Shown: positions 29,824-39,947, counted from the first letter of the stretch. The stretch is 64,000 nucleotides of DNA from an uncultured Caulobacteraceae bacterium (GCA_964530695.1 CAZGYQ010000004.1:4725-68724), one strand, 5' to 3'. Notes: generated by a model not told the origin, from the letters alone. Program-made: numbers and translations.

Positions 29824-31443
29824 ATGACCCCTTCTGAACGCGCCGACTGGTGGAAACGCGCCGTCGTCTACCAGATCTACCCCAAGTCCTTCCGCGACGC
29901 GTCCGGCGACGGGGTCGGCGACATCCGCGGCGTCATCGAGAAGCTGCCGTACCTGAAAGATCTCGGCGTCGGCGTCGCGTGGCTCTCGCCGATCTTCGCT
30001 TCGCCGATGATCGACAACGGCTACGATACGTCGGACTACTGCGCCATCAATCCGCTGTTCGGGACGATGGCCGACGCGGAGGAACTCGTCGAGGAAGCCA
30101 GGAAGCGCGACATCCGTATCGTGCTCGACATCGCGCTCAATCACACGTCGACGCAGCATCCATGGTTCAAGGACGCGCTCGCGCACGGGGACAAGCGCGA
30201 CTGGTACTGGTGGCGTGGCGGCCGTTGCGGCGCGGCGCCGAACAACTGGCATTCGATCTTCGGCGGCCCGTCGTGGTCGCAACCGGACGGCGACGACCAG
30301 TTCTATCTCCACCTCTTCGACGAATCGCAAGCCGATCTCAATTGGGAAAACCCGGAAGTCCGCAGCGCAATCCACGAGGCGATGCGGTTCTGGCTCGACA
30401 AGGGCGTCGGCGGCTTCCGGCTCGATGTGGTGACGGTGATCTCGAAGGAGCCGGACCTGCGCGATGTGATCGATCCGCGCCCGGCACCGCTCTATCGCCA
30501 CATCGCCGGCGGTCCGCGTCTGCATGAGTTCCTGCGCGAGATGCGCCGCGAGGTGTTCGCGCACTACGATTGCGTCGCCATCGGCGAGGCGCCGGGCGTC
30601 GATCCCGCGCGTGCGGCCAAGCTCGTCGATCCCGCCGATCCGATGCTCGACATGATCTATCACTTCGATCTCGTGGCGATGAACCCGGTCGTCGCGGGCA
30701 CGTGGGATCGCGTGGCGTTCAAGCGCATCTTCTCGGCGTGGGACAAAGGCATCGGCGCGGACGGCTGGAACAGCGTCGTCGTCTCCAATCACGATCTCGG
30801 ACGCATTTCATCACGCTTTGGAGACGGCTCCCCCGAGAGCGCCAAGATGCTGCTGATGCTGGTGCTGACGCAGCGCGCCACACCCTTCATCTATCAGGGC
30901 GACGAACTCGGCATGGTCAATGCGCCGTTCGACAACCTCGACGAGATCGACGACGTCTGGGCCAAGACCACCTACCGCCTCGCACGCGAGAAAGGCCGCG
31001 CGCATGAGGACGCCTTTGCGGCGACCGTGGCGATGACGCGCGACCACGCCCGCACGCCGTTCCAGTGGGACGCCACGCGCAATGCGGGATTTTCCGAAGC
31101 CGAGGCGACCTGGCTCAAGGTCAATCCGAACCATGCAACGCTCAACGCCGCCGCGCAGACGCACGACGACGCCAGCGTGCGCGCGTTTGCGAAGCAGCTC
31201 ATCGCGCTGCGGGCCGATCCGCTCTGGGTGTTCGGCGCGTTCGAGGATCTCGCGCCGGACGATCCGGACCTCTTCATCTACGCCCGCACATACGAAGGCC
31301 GCCGCGCGGTCGTGGCGCTCAATCTGCACGGTGAGGCGAAGGCGCTACCCGCGTGTGCGCAGGCGCAGACGCCTACGCTGCGCAATACCGGGACGGAGAT
31401 TGCGTATCTGGCGCCGTGGGAAGCGCGCATCGTCCTCGCCTAG
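29824..31443 (+). CDS. GH13 alpha-glucosidase / oligo-1,6-glucosidase-type enzyme
   Basis: 539 aa. [35 protein letters not shown] and VSNHD conserved regions. Confidence 0.9.
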   Translation: MTPSERADWWKRAVVYQIYPKSFRDASGDGVGDIRGVIEKLPYLKDLGVGVAWLSPIFASPMIDNGYDTSDYCAINPLFGTMADAEELVEEARKRDIRIVLDIALNHTSTQHPWFKDALAHGDKRDWYWWRGGRCGAAPNNWHSIFGGPSWSQPDGDDQFYLHLFDESQADLNWENPEVRSAIHEAMRFWLDKGVGGFRLDVVTVISKEPDLRDVIDPRPAPLYRHIAGGPRLHEFLREMRREVFAHYDCVAIGEAPGVDPARAAKLVDPADPMLDMIYHFDLVAMNPVVAGTWDRVAFKRIFSAWDKGIGADGWNSVVVSNHDLGRISSRFGDGSPESAKMLLMLVLTQRATPFIYQGDELGMVNAPFDNLDEIDDVWAKTTYRLAREKGRAHEDAFAATVAMTRDHARTPFQWDATRNAGFSEAEATWLKVNPNHATLNAAAQTHDDASVRAFAKQLIALRADPLWVFGAFEDLAPDDPDLFIYARTYEGRRAVVALNLHGEAKALPACAQAQTPTLRNTGTEIAYLAPWEARIVLA

Positions 31444-32603
31444 GCCGTCCGCGCGATCCAACCGCCGCCGAGCACGCGCATCGGCGCGTCCGCGTCATAG
31501 AGGACAGCCGCCTGCCCGGGCGCGACGCCTTCTTCGGCCTCATCGAGCGCGACGAACCACCCCGCACGCGTATCGAGCACGGCGGGAACCGGCGGACGCG
31601 TCGAGCGCACGCGCACGAGCACGCGCCGACCGTGGAGATCGTCTTCCGACGCCACGGCTTCGCCAATCCAGTTCACGTCCTTGAGCGCGATGCGTTGCAC
31701 CGCCAGTGCTTCCCGCGGCCCGACGATGACACGTTTCGCCTCGGCATCGAGGCGAACGACGAAGAGCGGCTCGCCTACCGCGATGTTCAGCCCGCGCCGC
31801 TGGCCGACCGTGTAATGAATGACACCCTCGTGGCGCCCAAGCACACGCCCGTCCACATGCACGATCTCGCCCGCATCGATGGCGCCGGGACGAAGCCTGG
31901 CGACAACATCGGCGTACTTTCCCGTCGGCACGAAGCAGATGTCCTGGCTGTCCGGCTTTTCCGCCACCGCGAGCCCGAACTCCGCCGCGAGCGCGCGCGT
32001 CTCCGTCTTCGGCAGTCCGCCCAGCGGAAAGCGCAGGAAGCCGAGCTGCGTGCGGGTCGTCGCGAAGAGAAAATAGCTCTGGTCGCGCGAGGGATCCGCG
32101 CCGCGATGCAACTCTGGTCCCGCAGCCCCGGGAACCCTTTGAACATAGTGACCCGTCGCCATGCAGTCGGCGCCGAGGTCGCGCGCGAGCCCAAGGAGAT
32201 CCTTGAACTTCACCGACTGGTTGCACTTCACGCACGGAATCGGCGTCTCGCCGGCGAGGTAGCTGTCGGCGAAATCTTCCATCACCTGGTCACGGAAGCG
32301 GTTTTCGTAATCGAGGACGTAGTGCGGAACGCCCAGCATGTCCGCCACGCGGCGCGCGTCGTGGATGTCCTGCCCTGCGCAGCACGCGCCCGCCTTGTTC
32401 ACCGCCGCGCCGTGATCATAGAGTTGCAGTGTGACGCCGATCACCTCGTAGCCCTCGCGCTTCAGCATCGCGGCGACGACGGACGAGTCCACGCCGCCGG
32501 ACATGGCGACGACGACACGCGTTTCAGAAGGCGACTTCGCGAAGCCGATGGAATTGAGCGGAGCGGGCGCTTCCGCGCCGGCCCGCATGGTGAGCGTGGT
32601 CAT
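31440..32603 (-). CDS. mnmA: tRNA 2-thiouridine(34) synthase
   Basis: 387 aa. PP-loop [11 protein letters not shown]. Cys pair in PCVKCN. Full length. Confidence 0.95.
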   Translation of the reverse strand: MTTLTMRAGAEAPAPLNSIGFAKSPSETRVVVAMSGGVDSSVVAAMLKREGYEVIGVTLQLYDHGAAVNKAGACCAGQDIHDARRVADMLGVPHYVLDYENRFRDQVMEDFADSYLAGETPIPCVKCNQSVKFKDLLGLARDLGADCMATGHYVQRVPGAAGPELHRGADPSRDQSYFLFATTRTQLGFLRFPLGGLPKTETRALAAEFGLAVAEKPDSQDICFVPTGKYADVVARLRPGAIDAGEIVHVDGRVLGRHEGVIHYTVGQRRGLNIAVGEPLFVVRLDAEAKRVIVGPREALAVQRIALKDVNWIGEAVASEDDLHGRRVLVRVRSTRPPVPAVLDTRAGWFVALDEAEEGVAPGQAAVLYDADAPMRVLGGGWIARTA

Positions 32604-32671
32604 GGTTCTCCTCCCTCCGGGGTAAAGGCCCGGAGCGATGGAAACTCATGTAGCTTGGAAGTTCGCTTACG

Positions 32672-33592
32672 TCACTTCAGGAAGTTGAGCAGCGTCAGTT
32701 CGCGGATGTCGGAAAACACCTTGGCGATGGCCTGGTATTGGGTCTGGCTGGCCGACAGCTTCATGGCGACCTCGGCGAGGTCGGCGTCGGCGACGTCGCT
32801 CACGTGCTTCTGCACCAGCGTGCTCTGGCTCGATAGCCGCTCGATTTCGCGCCCGAGGCGATTGTTGACGTCGCCGTTGCGCCCCTGCGCCTCGACGATG
32901 GCGCCGTGCGCCGCATCAAGCGCGCCAACCGCATTGCGCAGTGCAAGATCCTGCGTCGTCGTCAGCGGCGTGCCGAAGGCGCCGGCCTGCATTTCCGCAT
33001 AGAGGTCGCGCATCGCATCGAACACATCGCGGCCGATGTCGGACGCCTTGTCAGCCACCGCGAACGGCGCGCCCGTGCCGAGATCGACAGTGGCCTTGCG
33101 CACGGATTCGTTGAAGACTTGGTCGTCGGTGAATGCGCCGGCGAGGTCGTCGAGGCTCGCAATCCGGACCGCGGTTCCCGATGCTCTTTCGCCGGCGAAG
33201 AGCGCCTGCCCGTCCTCCGACTGGTTGAGCGCATCGACGATCTGCCCGAACGCCGTCTGCAACTGTTCCGCCAGAAAGCGTCCGTCGGTCTGCGACAGCG
33301 CCAGCGTCACGTCCTGCTTGAGCTGCGCGGTCGCGGCCGCGGCCTTCGACAGTGCGAGATCCTGCGTATCCAGGCGCACCTGCAGACGTTCGGCGGCGGC
33401 CTTGCGGGCTTCGGTCTGCGCTATGACGCTGCGCGCGGAGACAATACGCCCGCCGTTGTCGCCGTAACCCTTGAGATCGTCGGCAAGAAAGCCTGAGGCG
33501 GTCTGGCGTTGCAAGCCGTACAGATCGTTCGTCAGGCGTGCGAGATCGCTGCGCGCCTGGGTGGCGATGAGAAAGGTCGGCGTGACTTTCAT
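32672..33592 (-). CDS. flgL: flagellar hook-associated protein 3 (hook-filament junction)
   Basis: 306 aa. Flagellin-like N- and C-terminal helices (LQRQTASG..., ...QTQYQAIAKVFSDIRELTLLNFLK). Immediately downstream of flgK. Confidence 0.85.
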   Translation of the reverse strand: MKVTPTFLIATQARSDLARLTNDLYGLQRQTASGFLADDLKGYGDNGGRIVSARSVIAQTEARKAAAERLQVRLDTQDLALSKAAAATAQLKQDVTLALSQTDGRFLAEQLQTAFGQIVDALNQSEDGQALFAGERASGTAVRIASLDDLAGAFTDDQVFNESVRKATVDLGTGAPFAVADKASDIGRDVFDAMRDLYAEMQAGAFGTPLTTTQDLALRNAVGALDAAHGAIVEAQGRNGDVNNRLGREIERLSSQSTLVQKHVSDVADADLAEVAMKLSASQTQYQAIAKVFSDIRELTLLNFLK

Positions 33593-33600
33593 GGTCTATC

Positions 33601-35718
33601 TCACCTGATTGCGAGCAACGTATCGAGCATTTCCTGCGCCGCCTGGATGAGGCGCGACGCGGCGGCGTAGGACTGCTGGAACTGCGTCATGCGCACGAGT
33701 TCCTCATCGAGACTGACGCCCTCGGTCTGTGTGCGCCGCTCGGTCGCCGCGCTCAGGACCGCAGTGGCGCCGGCCTCGGATTTCGCGGCGTTGTCGGCGA
33801 GGCGCGCGGCTTCGCCGGCGAGCCGCGACGTATAGGCCGAAAGCGACGTGGTCTGCCCCGAAAGGGCTCCTGTTGAAGGAAATGTGCGCTGCGTGTTGCG
33901 CGTGTCGATGAGCGCCTGGGCGCCGCGCGCGTCCCCGGACTCAGCGATCCGCGTGCCGATGCCGGCGGTCAGGTCTGGCCTGCCGAGCGCGAGCAACGCC
34001 GGCGCCGCGACGATCCGCTCATCGACGGCAAGCTCATGCGGCAGCGCGGCCAGCGACGAGCGCGAAAGCCCGAACAGGTCCGTCACGCCGAGGGTCGTGC
34101 CGCCGCGCTGGGTGGTGTCGGCTGTTGCGGTGATGGAATAGCCGGCGCCCGGCGCGATCGAAATCGCGCCGGAACTGTCGAGCGACGCCACGCCGTACTG
34201 GCCGAAACCATTGGCGTTGCTGTTCAACTGGGCGATGAAGTCCGCCCATGTCGTGCCGGTGACAGTGACGTTGCGGTCGAGCACGACGCGCCCCGCGGCA
34301 TCGGTGACGCGAAACGTCACCGCCCCCCCGACCGCCAGGCCGTGCGCGTCCGTCGCGGACACGCCCGCGGCGCTGAAGGTCGGCTTGTCGCTGCGGATGA
34401 CGTCGTTGAGGCCGAAGAAGTGCGCGAATCCGCGGCCCGCCCGCGCGCTCGGATCGCCGTCGACTTCGCCGAGCACAATGCCGCCCGATCCGTCGAGCGT
34501 CACCACGCCGTTGGCGAAGCTGGCCGTGCCTTGCGCCGGCGCGAGCTGCAGCACTGCGTTGAGCGTCGATATGAAGCCACCGACCGTCTGCGTGAAACTG
34601 CGCGTGTCCGCGGGATTTTCCGTGGTGATCGTGCCGACGTCGAAATCGACCGTCAGGCGTCGCGTAAGCGCGCCGCTGGAATCGACGATGCCGATCACGG
34701 TCTGGCCGGTGAAGTTGAGCGCATCCGCCGCGAGCAGACCAGTGTTGCGTCCGACTAGGTGGGATGCTGGCGGATCGGCGACATTGGTCGCGTGTGCGCG
34801 GTTAAGCTCGTCGGCCAGCGCGCCGGCGAGCGCGCCCACGGAATCCGCCAGTCCGGGCAGGTCGATGTCGCGCGCCTGCGTCAACCCCTTGATCAGGCCG
34901 CCTGAAAGCATCGGACCGAACTGTCCTTCCGTGGGCAGGCCCTGGTTTATGATGATGGAGCCGGGCTGGCCGTAGGCGGCGGCGTTCTGCGAATAGACGA
35001 GCCGGGCGGCGGTCGCGCCGACAAGCAGGCCGCCGGCGTTCGTGCGCAGTTCCACCGTCCCATCCGGATGCGGCGTCGTGCGCACGTCGAGCAGCGTGGA
35101 AACCTCGTCGATGAGTTGATCGCGGGCATTTTCCGCGCCGGAACTGTCGCCGCCCGACTTCTTCGTCAGCGCAACTTCGCCGTTGAGATCGGCGATACGC
35201 TGCAACAACCCGTCGGCGCGCGCGACCGATTCGCTGATGCGCTGGTCGGCCTCCAGGCGGAGGTCCTCGATCGACTGCGCGACCCGCGACAGTTCGCCGA
35301 ATGTATCCTGCAGCGCGCCGATGGCGCTGCGTCGCACGACGTTCGATTGCGGGCTGAGAGCCGCAGACTGGAGCGCGGTGTAGATGTCGTCGACGCGACT
35401 GAACAGCGTCTGGGTTCCGTTGGGATCGCCGAACAGCAACTGCGCGCGATCGAGGAGTTCGGCGCGCACGCCTGCGGCGCCGTTTGCGGCGCCCGCCACG
35501 CGCTGCGCCGCCGCGAGAAAGCGGTCCGCCGCACGGGTGATGGATTCGACTTCGACTCCGGCGCCGCCGCCCGCGACCACCTGCGGCGTGAAGTGCGTCT
35601 GCGCGCGCACATAACCGGGCGTGTTCGCATTGGCGACGTTTTGCGAAATGACGCCGAGCGCCGTCTGACTCGCGTGCAGTCCCGAAAGCGCGTTAGAGAA
35701 AATCGATCCAACCAGCAT
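33601..35718 (-). CDS. flgK: flagellar hook-associated protein 1
   Basis: 705 aa from MLVGSIFSNALSGLHASQTALGVISQNVANANTPGYVR (rod/hook N-terminal motif). C-terminal LDEELVRMTQFQQSYAAASRLI. The track ORF extends spuriously to 35925. Confidence 0.9.
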   Translation of the reverse strand: MLVGSIFSNALSGLHASQTALGVISQNVANANTPGYVRAQTHFTPQVVAGGGAGVEVESITRAADRFLAAAQRVAGAANGAAGVRAELLDRAQLLFGDPNGTQTLFSRVDDIYTALQSAALSPQSNVVRRSAIGALQDTFGELSRVAQSIEDLRLEADQRISESVARADGLLQRIADLNGEVALTKKSGGDSSGAENARDQLIDEVSTLLDVRTTPHPDGTVELRTNAGGLLVGATAARLVYSQNAAAYGQPGSIIINQGLPTEGQFGPMLSGGLIKGLTQARDIDLPGLADSVGALAGALADELNRAHATNVADPPASHLVGRNTGLLAADALNFTGQTVIGIVDSSGALTRRLTVDFDVGTITTENPADTRSFTQTVGGFISTLNAVLQLAPAQGTASFANGVVTLDGSGGIVLGEVDGDPSARAGRGFAHFFGLNDVIRSDKPTFSAAGVSATDAHGLAVGGAVTFRVTDAAGRVVLDRNVTVTGTTWADFIAQLNSNANGFGQYGVASLDSSGAISIAPGAGYSITATADTTQRGGTTLGVTDLFGLSRSSLAALPHELAVDERIVAAPALLALGRPDLTAGIGTRIAESGDARGAQALIDTRNTQRTFPSTGALSGQTTSLSAYTSRLAGEAARLADNAAKSEAGATAVLSAATERRTQTEGVSLDEELVRMTQFQQSYAAASRLIQAAQEMLDTLLAIR

Positions 35719-35776
35719 ATGCGGCCCCGTGCGTTCGCGATTGGCGCCCTCCGATGGGCAAGAAGCGCCGTGCTGT

Positions 35777-35791
35777 CGGCAAATCCTGCCG
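35777..35791. promoter_or_regulatory. dyad CGGCA-N5-TGCCG (candidate FlbD/enhancer-binding site 1)
   Basis: cggcaaatcctgccg in the flgK <> fliK divergent intergenic region. Confidence 0.4.
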
Positions 35792-35921
35792 GGCGAAACG
35801 CGGGGTTCGACCGACGACCGGATTGCGCCGAACGCGCGCGGGCCCTTGGCCGGCAAGGCATTCGCGATGATCGCCACGCACCGGCGCCATGCCGGCGCGC
35901 TGCGATCACGCGCACTGCCAC

Positions 35922-35936
35922 GCAAGCATGGGGCCG
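35922..35936 (-). promoter_or_regulatory. weak candidate sigma-54 promoter for flgK-flgL
   Basis: The reverse strand reads CGGCCC-CATGC-TTGC. The GG and GC invariants have correct spacing, with 4/6 and 4/4 matches to TGGCAC-N5-TTGC. It lies about 200 nt upstream of the flgK ATG. Confidence 0.3.
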
Positions 35937-35971
35937 CGCCGAATCATGCGGCTGCCCCCGTCGAAACGCCC

Positions 35972-35986
35972 CGGCAAGAACTGCCG
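35972..35986. promoter_or_regulatory. dyad CGGCA-N5-TGCCG (candidate FlbD/enhancer-binding site 2)
   Basis: cggcaagaactgccg, about 100 nt upstream of the plus-strand sigma-54 promoter. Confidence 0.4.
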
Positions 35987-36083
35987 CGCGCGCCCGGTCA
36001 ATGTTGCCGCAACCGCGCGGCGTCGTAGCGGCGTTGCTTCGCGGAGGCCTTGCGCCGCATGGTTTGCGGGCCGTTCACCAAAC

Positions 36084-36098
36084 TGGCGCGCGACTTGC
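36084..36098 (+). promoter_or_regulatory. sigma-54 (-24/-12) promoter of the fliK-flgD-flgE hook operon
   Basis: TGGCGC-GCGAC-TTGC. GG at 36085-86 and GC at 36097-98 are separated by exactly 10 nt. About 60 nt upstream of the fliK start. Confidence 0.6.
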
Positions 36099-36156
36099 TC
36101 GGCCCGAGCGCAGCCGCGGCGATCCACGCTGCGCAACGATCAGGGGCATTGTGGAA

Positions 36157-37395
36157 ATGGACGCGCGTCTCGTGCTCGCAAGAACTCCGACGATCGCGCA
36201 GGCAAGCGCGCCCGCCTACGAGTTCGATGCGTCAGAGGATGACTTCGCGGCGCATCTGCCGCCGGATGAGCCCGTTCAGTCCGCACCGGGCGCAGGCCGC
36301 ATCGAGGAAGCTCGCAAGGAAGACGCCGCGAACGACCGCGATGAGGATGAGGAGGACGCGCCGAGCGAGGGCGAGACCGCGCTGAGCACGCCGTTCGCGC
36401 CCGTGCTCGTGCGCCCGCAGAACAGCGTCGTCACGTTCGATCTCTCGGCGCTGCTCGCGCAGAGCGCCGCCGCCGCGGCGAGTCTGGCGCCCGCCGCAGT
36501 GCAAACGCCCGCCGCCGCCCAAACGCCGGCCGATGCAACCGCCGCCGTCTCGCCCGAGATCGCGACCGCGGACCAGGCGCAGCAGCCGCAAGCCAACACG
36601 ACAAAGCCCGCCGCCGATCCCGCCGCGCTTTCAGCGCTTGAGGCGCTCACCGCCAGCGCTACGGCGCAAGGCAAGACCGAAATCCGTCCGCTCAGGACCT
36701 TGCGCGCCGGTCGCGGCGAAGGCGTCGCCGAAGGCGGCCCCGAATTCAAGGCGCCCGCGAACGCCAATGCGCCCGCATCGTCCCCCTCATCGTCCCAGGT
36801 CGCCGGCGCGGCCAAGGTCCAGACAGCCAACGCCGTGCAGCCGGTCGTGGCCTCGACGCAGACGCAGGATGTCCGCCCCGCACCGGACTCCGCGCCACAG
36901 CTTGTCGGCGCGGCGCCCGCGGACCAGCGCGCGCACCGTCTCAACGAGGCCTCTGGCGCCATGGGGCATCGCGCGACGACGCCCGCCGCGCTGGTCGCGC
37001 AACACGTCATCCGCCGCTTCGACGGCCGCTCGACGAGCATCGACGTGCGTCTCGACCCCGCCGAACTCGGCCGCGTGCAGGTGACGCTCGATGTGGGCGC
37101 CGACAACAAGGTCACCGCCGTCGTGTCCGCGGAAAACCCGGCGACGCTCGCCGACCTCGTGCGTTCCTCGCGCGAGCTTGAACGCGCGCTGCAGGACGCG
37201 GGACTCAGCCTCGACAGCGGCGATCTCACGTTCGATCTGGCGCAGCGCGGCGATGGAGGGACGTCTGGATCGAAAGGCGAAGGCTCGCGCAGCGGCGCGG
37301 GCCAGGGCCAGACCGCCGAGACGAATGCGCCAGCGGCGTCGCGTCCGTTTGGGCTGGAAACATGGCGCGGCGCGCGCGTCGACGTAATGGTCTGA
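36157..37395 (+). CDS. fliK: flagellar hook-length control protein
   Basis: About 412 aa. Acidic and Pro/Ala-rich N-terminal two-thirds. C-terminal Flg_hook-type domain LDPAELGRVQVTLDVGADNKVTAVVSAENPATLADLVRSSRELERALQDAGL. The start could also be GTG at 36151. The 5' 1.1 kb of the track ORF is antisense to flgK. Confidence 0.8.
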   Translation: MDARLVLARTPTIAQASAPAYEFDASEDDFAAHLPPDEPVQSAPGAGRIEEARKEDAANDRDEDEEDAPSEGETALSTPFAPVLVRPQNSVVTFDLSALLAQSAAAAASLAPAAVQTPAAAQTPADATAAVSPEIATADQAQQPQANTTKPAADPAALSALEALTASATAQGKTEIRPLRTLRAGRGEGVAEGGPEFKAPANANAPASSPSSSQVAGAAKVQTANAVQPVVASTQTQDVRPAPDSAPQLVGAAPADQRAHRLNEASGAMGHRATTPAALVAQHVIRRFDGRSTSIDVRLDPAELGRVQVTLDVGADNKVTAVVSAENPATLADLVRSSRELERALQDAGLSLDSGDLTFDLAQRGDGGTSGSKGEGSRSGAGQGQTAETNAPAASRPFGLETWRGARVDVMV

Positions 37396-37406
37396 GGAGA
37401 ACGCCC

Positions 37407-38075
37407 ATGCCAGTTATCGGCTCAACGCTCGCCGCATCCTCGACAACCGCCCAGACCGTCGCTGCCGAGGCGCGATCGAAGCTGTCCGACAATTTCGACA
37501 CCTTCCTGTCGTTGCTGACAGCGCAGCTATCGAACCAGGATCCGCTCAATCCCGTGGATTCGGCGCAGTTCACGCAGCAACTCGTGCAATACAGTCAGGT
37601 GGAGCAGCAGATATCCACCAACGACAAGCTCGAGACGCTGCTCGCGCAGAGCGAATCCGCCGGGACCGCGTCCGCTGTGTCCTTCATCGGCCGCACGGCG
37701 ATTTTTTCAAGCGATGTCGCGCATCTCGCCGACGGCGCCGCGAAGTGGACCTACGACATCACCGGCGCGACGGGCGAGGCCCGGATTTCGGTGCGCGATT
37801 CAACGGGCCGGGAAGTCTATTCGGAAAACGTCACGACCGGCAACGGGGCGCAGACATTCAACTGGAACGGCGAGGACGCCAACGGGCGCGACCTTCCGGC
37901 CGGCCCCTACCAGCTCGTTATCGCCGCCACCGACTCCGATGGCGCGGAGGTCGCGGCGGACATCTCCGTCGAGGAGTCGATCACCGGCGTCGATTTCAGC
38001 ACAGCAGGCGCGGCGACCGTGATGACCGTCGCCGGCATGCGCACGTTCGATTCCATCCGATCAGTACGCAGCTAG
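37407..38075 (+). CDS. flgD: flagellar hook capping (scaffold) protein
   Basis: 222 aa from MPVIGS. Motif FLSLLTAQLSNQDPLNPVDSAQFTQQLVQYSQVEQ. SD GAGGAGA at 37394..37400. Confidence 0.9.
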   Translation: MPVIGSTLAASSTTAQTVAAEARSKLSDNFDTFLSLLTAQLSNQDPLNPVDSAQFTQQLVQYSQVEQQISTNDKLETLLAQSESAGTASAVSFIGRTAIFSSDVAHLADGAAKWTYDITGATGEARISVRDSTGREVYSENVTTGNGAQTFNWNGEDANGRDLPAGPYQLVIAATDSDGAEVAADISVEESITGVDFSTAGAATVMTVAGMRTFDSIRSVRS

Positions 38076-38167
38076 ACGAAACCAGCGAGACGCCGAATGC
38101 GCCCCGCAAATGAGCGGAAGCTCGGGACTATCCCCAACACCGAACCGCAAGCGAGCAGGAAGAAACC

Positions 38168-39478
38168 ATGAGCATCTACACAGCCTTGCGGTCCGGGGTT
38201 TCCGGTCTCGCCGCGAATTCGAGCGCGTTGGCGGTCATTTCCGACAACATCGCAAACATCAACACTGTCGGCTACAAGCGCGGGGTCACCGACTTCACGG
38301 CGATGCTGAACAGCCAGACGGGCGCAGCGACTTACAATGCCGGCGGCGTCCTTTCCTCCACACGCCGCCTCGTCGACGTCCAGGGGTCGCTGGAGCAATC
38401 GCGCTCGTCGACGGATCTGGCGATCGCCGGCAACGGCTTCTTCGTCGTCTCCGAGAACAACCAGCCGCTGACGAACGGCGGCAGCGTCGCGTTCACGCGG
38501 GCGGGATCGTTCACGGTCGATGCGGAGGGCTTCCTCGTCAGTCCGCAGGGCTATTTCCTGCAAGGCTGGCCGATCCAGACCAACGGCACGGTGACGTCGA
38601 GCCCGACAAGCCTGTCGACGTTGTCGCCGATCAACGTCGCCGAGACCGCCTCGACCGCGGAAGCGACCAGCGACGTCACGCTGACGGCGAACCTGAGTTC
38701 CACGCAGACGACCTACGACCCCACCTCCAACACCTATGTCGTCGGCGACATGGCGACGGGCGACATCTCTCCCCAGTTCGAAAGCAGCATCGAGGTGTTC
38801 GACAGCCTCGGCGCCGCGCGCACGCTGGCCATCGGCTTCCTGAAGACGGCGGCCAACACCTGGCAGGTGGAAGTGTATGCACGGCCCGCGACTTCAGCGC
38901 CCGGCAATCCTGGCGGCCGCGTCGCGGCGGGCACGGTGTCCTTCACCACCTCAGGCGCCGTCCAGGGCATTACGGGAGGGCTCGCGGGCCCCTTCACCAT
39001 CAACTGGGATTCAACGACCGGCGCAGCCGCCCAGCCGGTCACCTTCAACCTGACAAACACGCTCACCCAGTTCGCCACCACGTCGGGGGTTTCGACGGTG
39101 GTGGCCGACGGCGTGCCGCCGGGCAATCTCTCCGGGCTGGTCGTCGACGACAACGGCGACCTCACCGCACAGTTCACCAACGGTCGCTCGCGCGCGCTCT
39201 ACCGCATCCCGGTTGCGACCTTCCTCAACCCCAACGGACTGTTGCCGGACCGTGGCGGGGTGTTCCGCACGACGCTGTCGTCGGGGCTCTACAACATCAA
39301 CGAATCGAATGCAGGCGGCGCGGGGCGCATCGAGTCATCGGTGCTGGAGGCTTCCAACGTGGATCTCGCCTCCGAGTTCACCAGCATGATCGTGACGCAG
39401 CGGGCCTATTCGGCCTCATCGAAGATCATCACGACCGCCGACGAGATGCTGGACGAGCTGATCCGCATCAAGAGGTAA
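38168..39478 (+). CDS. flgE: flagellar hook protein
   Basis: 436 aa. N-terminal MSIYTALRSGVSGLAANSSALAVISDNIANINTVGYK. C-terminal VDLASEFTSMIVTQRAYSASSKIITTADEML. Confidence 0.95.
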   Translation: MSIYTALRSGVSGLAANSSALAVISDNIANINTVGYKRGVTDFTAMLNSQTGAATYNAGGVLSSTRRLVDVQGSLEQSRSSTDLAIAGNGFFVVSENNQPLTNGGSVAFTRAGSFTVDAEGFLVSPQGYFLQGWPIQTNGTVTSSPTSLSTLSPINVAETASTAEATSDVTLTANLSSTQTTYDPTSNTYVVGDMATGDISPQFESSIEVFDSLGAARTLAIGFLKTAANTWQVEVYARPATSAPGNPGGRVAAGTVSFTTSGAVQGITGGLAGPFTINWDSTTGAAAQPVTFNLTNTLTQFATTSGVSTVVADGVPPGNLSGLVVDDNGDLTAQFTNGRSRALYRIPVATFLNPNGLLPDRGGVFRTTLSSGLYNINESNAGGAGRIESSVLEASNVDLASEFTSMIVTQRAYSASSKIITTADEMLDELIRIKR

Positions 39479-39541
39479 TCGAAAGGTAAACGCGAAATCG
39501 TTGCTCCGGCAGCAATATCCGTTACGTTTCGATACACGCTA

Positions 39542-39556
39542 TTAACCTGATTTTAC
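39542..39556 (+). promoter_or_regulatory. CtrA-box-like site upstream of sciP
   Basis: TTAA-CCTGATT-TTAC (consensus TTAA-N7-TTAAC), in the most A/T-rich stretch of the window, about 70 nt upstream of the gene. Confidence 0.35.
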
Positions 39557-39625
39557 TCTGAAATTTAGGCCGATGTTTATTCCCTCGGACTATAACGGGC
39601 TTCTAGTCTGATGGGAGTTGGCGCG

Positions 39626-39907
39626 ATGCAGAAGCAACGCCGCTATGAAGGAGTGGTGATGGGTCCTGACGGGAACCCCCTCACGCTCGACGATCTGCCC
39701 CCGGCGAACACCACGCGCTGGGTCATCCGCCGCAAGGCGGAAGTGGTCGCAGCCGTGCGCGGCGGCCTGCTCACGCTCGATGATGCGTGCGCGCGCTACA
39801 GCCTGACGTCCGAGGAATTCGACGCCTGGCGCCGTTCGATCGAGCGTCACGGCCTGCCTGGCCTGCGCACGACGCGCATCCAGCACTATCGCGTCTCGGA
39901 AGCCTGA
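39626..39907 (+). CDS. sciP: DUF1153-type small transcription factor, SciP-like CtrA inhibitor
   Basis: 93 aa from MQKQRRYEG. Core LTLDDLPPANTTRWVIRRKAEVVAAVRGGLLTLDDACARYSLTSEEFDAWRRSIERHGLPGLR. Located between flgE and fliF as in Caulobacter. Alternative starts at 39611 and 39659 (the latter has AAGGAG upstream). Confidence 0.7.
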   Translation: MQKQRRYEGVVMGPDGNPLTLDDLPPANTTRWVIRRKAEVVAAVRGGLLTLDDACARYSLTSEEFDAWRRSIERHGLPGLRTTRIQHYRVSEA

Positions 39908-39947
39908 CAGGCTTTCGGGATTGCGCGCTGCAGGAAGTTGCCGCGCA

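Noticed and set aside
32615-32635. The hairpin ctccggg-N7-cccggag between flgL and mnmA as a terminator.
   Set aside because: It has only a 7-bp stem and no U-tract on the transcribed strand, and it overlaps the mnmA ribosome-binding region.
35068-36156. The 5' 363 codons of the 775-aa plus-strand ORF containing fliK.
   Set aside because: This part is antisense to flgK and crosses the regulatory intergenic region, including the sigma-54 promoter. Only the segment from about 36157 looks like FliK.
39479-39610. An A/T-rich tract upstream of sciP as a stand-alone small RNA gene.
   Set aside because: There is no terminator-like hairpin with a U-tract and no recognisable sRNA family. It is more simply explained as the sciP promoter region.
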